NCBI RefSeq assembly: GCF_009914755.1
Contig: NC_060934.1
Origin: the human T2T-CHM13v2.0 reference genome, Homo sapiens
DNA length: 64,000 nucleotides
Direction: 5' to 3' (one strand)
In this document: in pieces, positions 16,733 to 30,952 of the stretch
Layout of the letters: each line of letters starts with the position of its first letter
How positions within the stretch are numbered: the first letter of the stretch is position 1
The notes under the pieces: generated by a model
What the model saw: the letters and a program-made list of their open reading frames with translations, nothing else
Told to the model about the DNA's origin: nothing
Databases searched by the model: none
Made by a program: the position numbers and the translations under genes

Positions 16733-17013
16733 TTTTTTGAGACAGGGTCTCACTGTGTCACCCAGGCTGGAGTGCAGTGGTGTGATCATGGCTCACTGCA
16801 ACCTCCTGGGCTCAGGTGATCTTCCTACCTCAGCCTCCGGAGTAGCTGGGACCACAGGTGCACACCACCATGCCCGGCTAATTTTTGTAATTTTTGTAGA
16901 GATGGGACTTCACCATGTTGCCCAGAGTGGTCTTGAACTCCTGAGTTCAAGCGATCCGCCCACCTCAGCCTCCCAAAGTGCTGGGATTACAGGCGTGAGC
17001 CACCGCGGCTGGC
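16733..17013 (-). mobile_element. AluJ
   Basis: Antisense diverged Alu dimer. Confidence 0.85.
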
Positions 17014-17039
17014 TTACGCTTACATTTAATAGGTTTTAA

Positions 17040-18790
<1,751 letters not shown>

Positions 18791-19019
18791 TTATGTCCTA
18801 TTTAAATAAATCACACAGTTTTCTGGCATACCAACCTGTCATCAAGTTTAGGGACAACACGGCTTCTCATTATGGGTGGCAGTTCAGCTGGAGGGAGCAA
18901 AGGGGTGTGTGGGGACACCAGGGAAGACACTCCCAGCTTTGAAGTTTCCATGTACTAAGGGCATCAATCAGAATGTTCTCCAGAGGAAATGGAACTCATC
19001 TTATGGCTGAGGACCCTGT

Positions 19020-19480
19020 TTTTAACTTGAGCGTGCAATGTGTCCAATGAAAAGACCACACATTTCAGCTTCTTGTCCAGCTTGGTGTAGGCATGTGACT
19101 ACATTCTGGTCAATGAGATGCAAATTAGAATTGTTGGGTGGACTTTGAATAAGGCTCCTTTAAAGAGGGGCAGGTAGCTAATATATGTCCTTTGGTTTTG
19201 GTTTTCTGTGTTCTTTCTGTTTCTTGCCTGGAATGTGGGCAAGCTGGCTGGAGCTTCAGCTTCTATTTCAGACTATGAAGCAACCTTGCAATGTTATGTG
19301 GAAGATGGGGTAGAAAGATGAAAGAAGCCCAGGTCCCTGATAATTACAGAGCTGCCACACTAGCTATGTCTGTGTACCTGCAGACTTCCTATGTTAAAGA
19401 AAACACTTAATATATTTTAAAAGCAATGTTATTTCTGTTTTTTATTACTAGCAACCAAATGCAATTCCTCACAGACACAG
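19020..19480 (+). mobile_element. Ancient MaLR LTR (MLT1 family)
   Basis: MLT1-like motifs catgtgact...ttctggtcaatgagatg and the terminal agcaaccaaatgcaattcct...aca. Subfamily not resolved. Confidence 0.55.
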
Positions 19481-19623
19481 CTGGTTAACATAGCAGTGCA
19501 TCAGGAGGAAGTCAGCTGTATTGCATATATGCTTATATCATTGAGATCATAATGTGAGAACATTTTAACCCCTGCTTTTCTGCTTTTAAAATTTTCTTTT
19601 ATTTTCAGACTTTTTTTTAAAAT

Positions 19624-19910
19624 TTTTTGAGATGGAGTCTTGCTCTTTCACCCAGGCTGGAGCGCAGTGGCCTGATCTCAGCTCACTGCAACCTCTACCT
19701 CCCGAGTTCAAGTGATTCTCCTGCCTCAGCCTCCTGAGTAGCTAGGACTATAGCCGTGTGCCACCACACCTGGCTAATTTTTGTATTTTTAGTACAGACA
19801 GGGTTTCACCATGTCGGCCAGGCTGGTCTCGAACTCCTGTCCTCAAGTGATCTGCTCACCTCAGCCTCCCAAAGTGCTGGGATTACAGGTGCGAACCACC
19901 ACGCCCAGCC
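19624..19910 (-). mobile_element. AluS
   Basis: Antisense Alu dimer. Confidence 0.9.
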
Positions 19911-20529
19911 TTCACACTTATTTTTATCACTACTTTTTTCTCCAGTACCATCACCATCTTCAACTTTATCATCTTGTGCTTAATGTCATTATCATTATGA
20001 ATAAGAATCATTTTCGTTACCATAACCATCTTTAGAGGATTCTCTTCTTGTTGATGGAGGGTGATTTGTGTATAAAATGTATTTTTTTAAATTAAATATT
20101 CCATTGGGGTGAAGTGAGGGGAGGCCGAGGGAGCCTTTGTCATTGAGGAACGTCTGTGGAAAGGGGTGGAATTGGTACTCAGACTTAGGACAGCTTCAAT
20201 ATTCATTGGTCATGGGCCACATCAGTCATTTCTGTGCTGCCAATGGCCAGGGTTGCTCCCACATGGGGATGCCCTCTAGGCATGTAAGTGAAACAACAGG
20301 GATGGATTTCAGTCTTCTGCCAGAGTTGGCTGGTAGGGCAGGTCAGGGTCAGTACTGCTTATAAAGAAAGGCAGAAGTAACTGAACTCGATAATGTAAGA
20401 AATAAGAAACTGTTGGAGGGTCTTGAGTTGGGGAGTAGCATGGTTTGTGTAGGAAGGATTAGGGATGGGGTGGAAGGGACACACAACTGGGTAGTAGTAG
20501 TCCAGGCATGAGGTGATGCAGGTCGTGTG

Positions 20530-21470
20530 TTAGGCAGGTCATGGGTTAAGTAGACATCAAGAGAGGATTAAACATACATACATACATGCCTACATACATA
20601 CATAATCAGGGGAAATGCCTGTGTGAAGAAAAATAAGGAGGAAGCTGGGGGAGTCTGGGGGAGCCATCAGACCTCAGTGCAAGTGGGACCCTGAGTGAAG
20701 GAGAGGGGTAAGAAAGGAAGGAAGTTTGGTGGGAGCATATCAGACTATAGTGCAATTCTAAGAAAAGTTCTGCAAGACCTTGGAGTATCCTTCAGCCAGA
20801 GCCACAGTCCCTGGCCAGTGGAGCCCCACATCTCCCAGGAATGGTCCTGCCTTAATATCCCTGCCACACGCATCACTAGCTGGGGTGAGCTGTGGGAAGC
20901 ATTGCCTTGGAGCAAACATGGGGATGGACTTCAGAGCTCCACAGCTGGGGCCATCAGTCAAGCGTCCACCCTGCAGTGGAAGATCCAGAGGCCCATTTTC
21001 CTGGATGACATGGGGATGACTGGGGTGAGGGACATGAGAAGGTGACTGCTGTTGTCTCAGGCCTATCTATTGCAATAACAAATGCTGGCCTGCACTGACT
21101 TAAGCAGTAAGGAGCTGTACTATGCAGAAAACCGGATGTCCCAAGGTGGGTGGCTTTCAGGGTTGGCTGAGTCAAGGCTGTAGGATGAAGTACTTCCCAT
21201 CTCTCTACTCTGCCATCCTTGGGTTGGTTTCCTTCTAGACCAGTAGTGACATGGCCATGGTGGTCCCAGGAATTGCAGCAGGACACAGTGATATCTGGAG
21301 AAAGGAGAACGACCCCTATGTTCTGTGGAGCAAGGATCCCTTTCTCAGAGGGGTTCCAGCACATTTCCCACTGCTGGGAAATCTATGCCTCATTGGCCAG
21401 AAGTGGGTCACCTGGCCATTCTTGACCATGTCACTGAGAAGGGGAATGAAACCATTGTGATTGGCTTATT
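20530..21470. mobile_element. Probable ancient ERVL/MaLR LTR remnants, including a (TACA)n run at ~20572-20604
   Basis: Resemblance by eye to old LTR consensus text. Family and limits are uncertain. Confidence 0.4.
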
Positions 21471-21479
21471 GCCAGGGTA

Positions 21480-21950
21480 TGGCACGCTGGCTGTATGTGA
21501 GAATTGCTTGGGGAGCTGGGCCCCACACTTCAGATTTCTCTATGAATTGGTCTAGCGTGGATACTGGGCATCAGTAATTGTTTTTGTTTTTGGTTTTTTT
21601 GAGACAGAGTCTCTCTCTTGCCCAGGCTGGAGTACAGTGGCGTGATCTCTGCTCACTTCAGCTTTGACCTCCTGAGCTAAAGCGACCCTCTCATCTCAGC
21701 CTTCCAAGTAACTGAGACTACAGACACACACCACCATGCCCAGCTAATTTTTATTTATTTTTTTGTAGGGACAGGGTCTTGCTATGTTACCCAGGCTGGT
21801 CTCAAACTCCTGGGCTCTAGTGATCCTCCTGCGTCAGCCTCCCAAAGTGCTAGGATTACAGGTGTGAGCCACCACACTTGGCTCTACCAGTAATTTTATT
21901 ACCTCCTAGGTGATGCTGATGTGCAACCAGGGCTGAGAACTGCTGTTGTC
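21480..21950. mobile_element. MER5-like hAT DNA-transposon relic split by an antisense AluJ (21578-21883)
   Basis: ggtgatgctgatgtgcaaccagggctgagaactgctg resembles a MER5 end. cagtaatt flanks the Alu on both sides. Confidence 0.6.
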
Positions 21951-24900
21951 TTGGGGTGGTGTAGATGTTGGGCATCAGCCACCATGTCCATTACAGTCAC
22001 TTACTAGTTTTTTGTGGCTTAGACAAGTCACTTACCCTCTTTCAGCTTTGGTTTTCTCATCTGTAAAATGGGGTCTGGCAATAGTTACCTCCTGTGCTTC
22101 CTGGGAAGACTGAAACAGTTCGTGAGTGCTCGTAGGCTTTGCAAACTGTAAGTCACTGACACCCGGGGGCTGGCTGCTTATCATTCTTATTCAATTTGGA
22201 GGGAAAGCACAGCTCCCTCTGCTGCCAAGAACAGCCAGGGCAGAGATTTCTCTTGAGCACAGCTTCCTGTCATTAAAACAAAAAAACGAAAGAGAAGGGA
22301 AAACGACAGACTGGGAAGCCACAGGCAATTGCAGTGGGCTTTTTTCTTCTTGGAAGGCGTGGGTTTGAAGGCGCTGCTATAAATGGTTTATGCAAATGAG
22401 CTGGAGGCGCTCTGTCCCCTGCCGCTTTAATCCGGGAGAAGCTGGGAGGGAGCCAGGCACAAGGTTTTCCGCCCCTCCTCCCTGTAGTCCTGCAGTGGGG
22501 TGGCTGGGGGCAGGCAGATGCTCTTCTGCTGCCTCCAGGGAAGATGGTCAGATAAGGCTCTGCACTCTGGCTCCCCCATGTTCCAGGACACACCTGGCTG
22601 CGTGGCTTCTTGGCTCTTTCTGCTCGAGTGAGCACAGGCTAGTGCTGCCAATAGTACTGCAGGAACAAGGAGGGCCCCCACTGGTGCTGCGAGGTCACGG
22701 CCAGGCAATCTGTCACCTTTGGGTCTCACTGGGTCCACAGGGACCTGGGGCACTGGAGAGGAGCAGAAGGGGGAAGAGTAAAGAGCCCGCACCATCGGCT
22801 CCAGGCTTTCATCTTCCCTCCCTCCTCCTCCTCTTCCTCTTTTCTTCCTTTCTTCATGAAATCTACTTTGAGCATTATGGAGTGACCACCTTGTCAGATG
22901 CTAAGGATCTAGAGATAAAAAGATACCTTTCTACCTTCAGGGTGCTCCCAGTATGGGAAGGGCCTCCTGCCATGGCTGCAGGGCTGGGGCTGCACAGAGG
23001 ACTGGCTGGACAGCCTTGGAGAGGGATAGTCTGGTCTATTCCATCCCAGGGCATTGGGATGATCTCAGAGGAAAGGCTCTTCTGAGCTGGGGGCTGAAGG
23101 TGAGGTGGGAGTGTTTGTGGGACCAGTGCCAGGGAGGGGCACTCCAAGGAGAGGGACAGTGTTCAAAAAGCAACAGACAAGTGATGTGCCATGTTCTAGA
23201 ACACAACTGGCTCGTGTGCATGGAGCATAGGTACATGGGGTGGGGTAGGGGGGGTCATGGAAGGTGAGGCCAGACACATGGGCTGGGGTCAGTTCACAGA
23301 GGACCTTGAATAATCCCCAAAGTGGGGGTCGAGTTTATCCTGATGCTCGGGAGCCACAGGAGGTAGAGGGCTGAGTCGGGCAGAGATGCCCGCCTGGCAG
23401 CCCTGCAGAGGGGGACGGAGGCTGGAATGATTGTCCAGAGCAGGATGATGCTGGGGGCCTGAACCATGGGCAGAGCCAGGGGAGGGAAGGAGGGGATGGA
23501 TTTGAGAAGGACACGGTGACCTCTTGGATGGGGAATCTGGGCTGACACCAGATTTCCGGCCTGGATAACAGAACTCAAGGGATAAACTGGGCCCTGGAAC
23601 CTTGGGGGTGCCCATGTTGGGTGGGGCCAGGAGGAGGACTGAGAAGCAGTCACTTCCAGTGAAGAATGTGCCGCTGGCCCATCCTGGGTTTCCCACCAGA
23701 CCCTGGTGGAAGGGGGAATGGGAGAAGGAGCTGCTTCTTCAGACAGTTTAGAAATTCTTGATTGCCTCCCCCCAAATGATCCCCATCCCACATTCCTGAT
23801 TCAGGGAACTCCTGGTTCAGAGATAAAGTGAACCAGTCCAAAGCCTCTATTTTACAGGTGTGAAAACTGTGTCCCGAGAGGGGACTGACTTGCCCAAGGT
23901 CACACAGTGAATTATGGCAGGCAGTGTCATGGTTAGTAAAAAAGGACCCCCAAACAAAGTCTAATGTAGCCCACCTCCTTCACTTGCCCTGAGAACAAAG
24001 AGCTCTCTTCCCCAGAGGGAATTGGGCTTGGCTAAGCAGGGTTGAGGTTGTGAGGGGTGCAGCATTTGTTTTAGAGAAGGGAGGGGTTCCCAGGGAAGAG
24101 ACCTCCTGCCCCTATTTGCCTGCTGGTGGAGCCCAACCCAGGAGCTGCATTTGCTGCCCACATTCTGGAGCCCTGACTGCCACCACCGCCACCAGGAGGG
24201 AGAAGCCACGGAGACATTAAAAGGGGCTGCCCTCCCTAAATTCCAGAGCCTCAGGGCCTGCCTGGAACTCAGGAGTTCTGACTGCCAGGGAAGGCTTTGC
24301 TTTCTCAATGATGACCCTGCACAGTCCTGGGGTCTCTGAAGGAAGTAATCCCGAAGAGGGAGGTGTCGGGGGACAGGAGCCTGAGAGAAGTTACTGGAAA
24401 GGGAAGAAAGGAAGGCGGCGGCAATGAGCCACGGATGAATGTGCAAATTGTGAGATGGGGCAGCTGCAGGGAACAGCTAGGAGCTAGAGCGGTGGGTTTC
24501 TGTCATTGCAGTCACCCTGTGGTGGCTCCCCTCCTTGGGCTGTCCTTTGTGCAGGAATACCACATTCCTGACAGCCACCTTTGGTGGCCACACCTGAACT
24601 CTGGCTCAGGAGGGTGGGGCAGCCAGCCCTGAGCCAGCCACATGCCCATGGTCCCCAGGTCTTTAGGGACTAAAAGCCCCTGTTTGTGGGGCTATGAGAT
24701 GTGAGGTTGTCTGGGGTTGGGGTCAGGGACTCAGTCTAGGGCTAGGACTGGAGGTGTAGTAGCAGGGGACAGAGTTCCTTCCTGGACTCAGTGGGGATGA
24801 GAGCCACTGGCCTTTCCTGAGAGGCACTGCATGGACCCCATTACTCACAGGTACCTCTGTGCCTGGGGATCTTGCCTGTGGCCCAGCAGCTGGCATGGCC

Positions 24901-25328
24901 GGTGTCCTCTGGGCTCTAGGTCATGGCCCATAGTGGTAGGCACAGAGCTGGCATAGTGCAGTGGCTGGACTCAAGTCATCTCTCACCTTTGCTGTATGAG
25001 AACAGCAGTTCCTATTTTTTGAGCCAAGCCAAGCCCTCTGCTCCTGCAAGGGACTGCCACACCCTTTTTCTTTCTGGAGCATTTTCAGGTTTATGCCTTG
25101 CAACCTGTGAGAGCTGGCACCCCCTGCCTCAGTCCCCACTTTCTCTTTTGGAGACGTGTGTGGTGCTGAAGCTCTGACCCCTAGTGTGGGAGTGGCCCAG
25201 AGCCTGGCTGGGGCAAGGCCTGCAGGTGGGTGCCTAGGTGCATGACGGGGACTCTGGCAAAGTAGGATGGTGACTGTGGGCACACTACAGCCAAAGTCCA
25301 GGGCAGTCCACATTGGGATCAAATTTCA

Positions 25329-25488
25329 CTTTTCTTTTTTTAGAGACAAGGTCTCACTCTGTCAGCTAGGCCAGGTGCAGGAGTGTAATCATAGCTCACT
25401 GTAACCTCAAACTCCTGGGCTCAAGTGATCCTCCTGCCTTGGCCTCCCAAAGCTCTGGGATGACAGACGTTTGCCACTGTGCCCAGCT
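25329..25488 (-). mobile_element. Alu monomer (FAM/FRAM/AluJ fragment)
   Basis: Single diverged arm with a T-run. ctcaaattt-like flanks. Confidence 0.75.
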
Positions 25489-27645
25489 CAAATTTTACAT
25501 TTGTGGGTGCAGTGGCCCTGGGTCCCTCTGATTGATGCTGTGTTTATTTAACCGAAGGTGGCTGTTCTCAGGGGCAGCACTCTGCAGTAGACAAAGCCCT
25601 GGGGCCTGCACTCTTGAGTCTGAAATCTGGGTTCTGGCCCAGCTCTGGCACTTTATAGCTTTAACAATTAATTTCCACCTCCTTGAGCCTCTGTTTTTCT
25701 CTTTCTGTACAAAGGGATGAGCATCTGTCCTGTGGTACCTGATAGGGTACTTTTGCAGATCCAGTAAGATACTGGTGACATTGTTTCATAGCTTTTAAGA
25801 GCTGGGTCATTCTGAGAGGCCACGTGGCAGAGGGGCAGGTGTTGGGCTCTGATGTCCAGTAGGTGTGTTTCTAAATCCCAGCTTAGCTGAGCATTAGCTG
25901 TGTGACCTGGGCAAAGTATTCAGTGTCCCCAAGCCTCAATGTTCCCATCTAGGGTGCTGAGTTCCTCCCCTTCTGGGGGCCCAGAGCAGATGTTTCAAGA
26001 TGCTGGCAGCAGATGTAATTTTCTGAATTGATTTGGGTACTTATTTGTCAAGTTCCTGCCTAGTTTTTTCAGAGGAAGAGGTGCCAGGACCCCCTACTGA
26101 TGGGCTAAAGCCCCTTCAGGGGAGCCAGGTCAGAGGTGGGGGGAGACCAGGCCACTAGGCCTTTTGGGGCTAAAGAGCTTTGAGAGGAAGAAGCCCCCAG
26201 ATAGAACAGCTCTGGGCAGACTGACTTGAGATCAAATCCCGACTCTGCCATTTCCCACCTCTGTGTCCTGGTTTCCTCATTTGTAAGGAAGGGTAAGGTC
26301 AGGGCCTCTGTATAGAGGTCAGGAGTAGCTCATCTACAGTGCTACCACATACTAGCGCTTCCCATGCACCCCACATTGTTCTGAGCACACGACATGCATG
26401 AGCTCATTTCATCTACCCAGTAGCCGTAGGAGCTAGGCACTATTACTATCAACCCAATTTTTCAGAAGAGGAAATGGACACTTAGTAGATGTTAGAACCA
26501 AGGTTTGAACCCGGGAAGTTTGACTCTGGAGCCTACTCTTAATTGCCACCTCTACTGTGAAGCCCCTAGTGTAGACAACACTGGTGGCACTGAGTAGTAT
26601 TTGCTGTGTCACAGCACTGGGATCCAGCTGCCAGTGGCCATACTGGGAGTACCCCAGCCAAGGGCCTGAGCCCCTGTGGGGTCCTGTACTGTCACTTTGT
26701 TGTAGCTACTGACACCCAGTATCTGAGCCCAAAGGTTGGAGTCAGAGGCCCCAGGAGGGGTAGCAGGCAGGGGCAGGGCCAGGGCATGGGAGCAGAAGTG
26801 GAGGCCAAGTCAGCTGGTCCTGGGCTTGGCCATCCCTCTGTAAGCTGGACCTGGGAGAGGCAGGAAGCAGGCAAGAGCCAGAGGAAGCAGAATCCCCAGA
26901 GGAAGGAGGGGGGCCTCCCAGCTTTGGGGTGGCTTCAGCTAGCTGGGGGCCTGACACAAGAAGGAGTGGGCACCAGGAGCGTAGGCTGAGCCGTGGGGCT
27001 AAAGTTGTATATGTGAATGTGAGTGTGAGTGTGTGCGTGGGGTGGAGGTGAAGGGAGGGATGGATTGAGGAGGATCTCTGCCTGTGGAGGAGGGATTTAA
27101 CCTCCTGTTATCAGCTGCCAGCTTTTCTCATAATCCAGGCAGGCCCAGCAGGGATCAGCAGAGTGTGTTTCCGCATCTCGGATGGACGAGGCCCATGTCT
27201 TGTTCCAGCACATCCCGCGCTCATCCTGTCTCCTGCGACACCCTGGGTCTCCTCATTTCTCTGCGTCTCTTCTCCCCATAAAGTCTCGTTGCCTGCCCTT
27301 CCTCACCCTCCCCATCCAGGTTCTGGTGTAGGGAGCAAATCTTATGTATTCAGACCCTGCTAATTTATCACTTGTGATTGCTGGGACAAAGGCTAGCTTC
27401 CAGTTTAAAATTCATTCTATTCCTGAACAAAAATGCAGCACTAACCAGGTGACAAGGGACTGTTTAATCTACTTCCTTAGAAGAACTGACTGCTACCCAG
27501 TGCTCTGAAATGGCATTTGCATGTGAGGCACCCATGCAATCATACATGCAAAGCTTAGAATGTGCCTGATGCAGAGTAAGCGGGTACCGAGTAAATGTTT
27601 CTTATTAAAGCAGGTCTTCTATTTCTCCTCCTTGGGGTAATATGT

Positions 27646-27950
<305 letters not shown>

Positions 27951-30576
27951 TAGTGCTATATGCATATCCTGCATCCCAAGTCACTCTTCTCCAAGGCTGG
28001 GACAGAGACTTTAGTCCTTCCAGTTCTACGTGGATTCCCGAGTTCTCTGACTCTCAAGCGTTGCTGTTATGGATGGAGCCAGGCAGCGGCCGTCACAGGT
28101 GTTATGTTATTCAGTTCTCACAAGTTTCTGGGCCATGTGATCTCCACCATGGAGAAGAGATGGTGGAGCCTCAGAGAAGCTCAGTAGCTTGCCTGTCCAA
28201 CCTGAAGACCAGAGCTCCCACCCTCCATGTGGGTGGGGTGGGCACATCCATCCACCCTTCCTGACCTGTGACACAGATCTTATCATAGGCAAATGTTTGC
28301 CTCCAGCTAGGGACTCAGTGGGTGTGGGCTTTGTCTGGCACACTCTGTCCTGGGAATAGAAACCTGGTTTCTTCCTTGTTCCATCCTTTCTGCCTGGCAT
28401 GGATGGTGATCCTTCTGTCCAGTCTAGGCTGGCCATGCTGGCCCTGAGGCCTGGAACTGGGGAGCACGAGCAGGTGTGTTTGTGTCTTGGAGAGGCCGAG
28501 AAAGGGCTGCTTGGCAGTGGGCCTTGGCAGGGAGGGACCTCAACTCCATCCAGGTTCTGTTTGCTCAGATTCCCTTTCAGTCTCCACCCCTCCTCTGCAC
28601 CTGTTGTGTTCCCATCCTCCTGGGCGGCTGGCAGCTGTCACGGCTGGGGCACCTGTCCCAACCCCCGAGGACGCCCTCTGGGCTCCCTGGCTCCAGTTTC
28701 TCTGCAGCACTTGGCTTGCACTCTCCATCTCTGAGTACTTTTGCTCTCCTCTCCCTCCTCATCTCTCACTCTTCCAGACTCGAGGCAGCAGCCTCCACTC
28801 TTGTCCTGGCTCTGGGCATAGAAGGAAGCTTTCAGCTGGGGTTCCCTGCTTCCTATTCTCTACTGCCAGGCCCAGCCTAATGGGTAGAGAGGATGGGGCC
28901 CTGGCAGGATGGCCATAAGCCTCAAATGCTGATGAGGCGGCTCATCAACTCAATCAAATTATCCCTTGTTCTTGATGAAGGAAACACTATAGCAGCAAGG
29001 GGCTGCCTCCCAGCTCCTCCACAGCAGGGTCACCTCCTCTTCCTGGCCTCCCCAGACCCTAGTCACTTCCCCCTACTTCATAAAAAGAAGTTACCCCCTC
29101 CCTTGTCCAGTGTTGTCTTCTATACCTCCTGATGCCTGGATTTATATGTCATATTAGGCATAGCAGCAGAAGACATTACTCCTGGGTCCCAGTCCTCCTT
29201 GCCTTCCACCCACTGTGTGGCCTTGGCAAAGTCTCTATCATTTATTGGGCCTTCTTTGCTACACCTGTAAAATGGGCCCAGAACTTCTTTGCCTGCTTGA
29301 AGGTAGGGGCTGGCCCCAGTGCTCTCTGGAGGCTCTTCCCCATTAGAGAGCTTGGTGACTGTGACTGTGATGGTTTCTATTCCCCAGTGAATTTGTTCCA
29401 TGTTTTATTCTGGAGTTGCTGGCTCTGCCTTAGACTTTGAGTTCTGAGAGGGCAGGTTTAGGCTGGGAATGAGGTGCTAGGCCTTGGGGAACCTGGATGA
29501 GAGAGGACTTGGTGAGGAAAGCCTTGAGCTAGGTAGACCATCATGGAAACCAAGATGGCACCCAAGGGAAGAGGAGCTGTCTGAAAGGGGTCAGGGGACA
29601 GGAGATGGCAGGGAAAAGAGGGACAGCTATAGTAGTGGGGAGGGCCTTGGGAGCTGAATGGGTTCAGAGAGCCAAGGGGCCTAAGGTTCCCTAGATGGCA
29701 TGAGAGGACAGATGCAGCTGGGGATTCTGTCAGACCAGGCCCCCAGGGGCACTGCCAGCCCTGCTTCCTGCCTGCAGGCTTTGAGGTATTAAGTCCCCAC
29801 CCAGGTCATATATGGGTCTGTGTTCTTCACAATTTCCAGGATGACATCTCCAGTGTCTGTCTGGGTCACCTGTTAGCGGATGAGAAGTCCAGCCTTACTG
29901 CCTGTTCTCCACCTGCATTTAGGCTTCATCCCTGGAATGTCACCTTCTGTCCTCTGGAAAACGTCTAGGCTCTGCTGCCATACAGAACCCTTCTGCTTCC
30001 TTAAGGAGACGGTCCACTGTCCCCTTGTCTTCTCTCCTCTAAGCAAGAGGGGCCCCTGCCCGTTGCCCTTTCCTGGATGGAGCATGAGTTTTGATGTCAG
30101 GCAGGTCTGGGTTTGAAGCCTCGTTTGTCTTGCCTTCAGAATAACCTCTCTAAGCCTCAGTTTTATAGCCCGAAAATGGGGGTGATTATAACTCCTGAAG
30201 GGAAGTTTTGGGATTGGCTGATACATAAGATACTTAGCACAGTGCCTGGCACACAGTAAGCGATCAATAAATGGTAGCATTTATAGCTTCTGCTATATAT
30301 TTACTTATAGCCTCTCCATTCCCCTTTCACATCCTTTCCAAAGTGCGGCTATAGAATGGAACACAGATCATTTAGCCAGAGCTGAAAGAACCTGATTCCT
30401 CAATCCCTGCCTGGCTTCTGCTGGGATCTGGAACTGCCTGTTACCCCGTCCATGCCCGTTTTACACCCCTGGCTTCTGCAGGGTGGGCATTGGGTCCTGC
30501 TCACCAGTTGGTGTATAGTGGGCACTCAGTGAATGGTTGATGAATGAATAAGTGAATGAATGATGTATGTTAGTGA

Positions 30577-30952
<376 letters not shown>

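Noticed and set aside
22390-23085. 231-aa ORF, the longest in the track
   Set aside because: No recognisable domain, partly low-complexity or L2-like sequence, and no clear exon structure. Its length is plausible by chance in GC-rich DNA.
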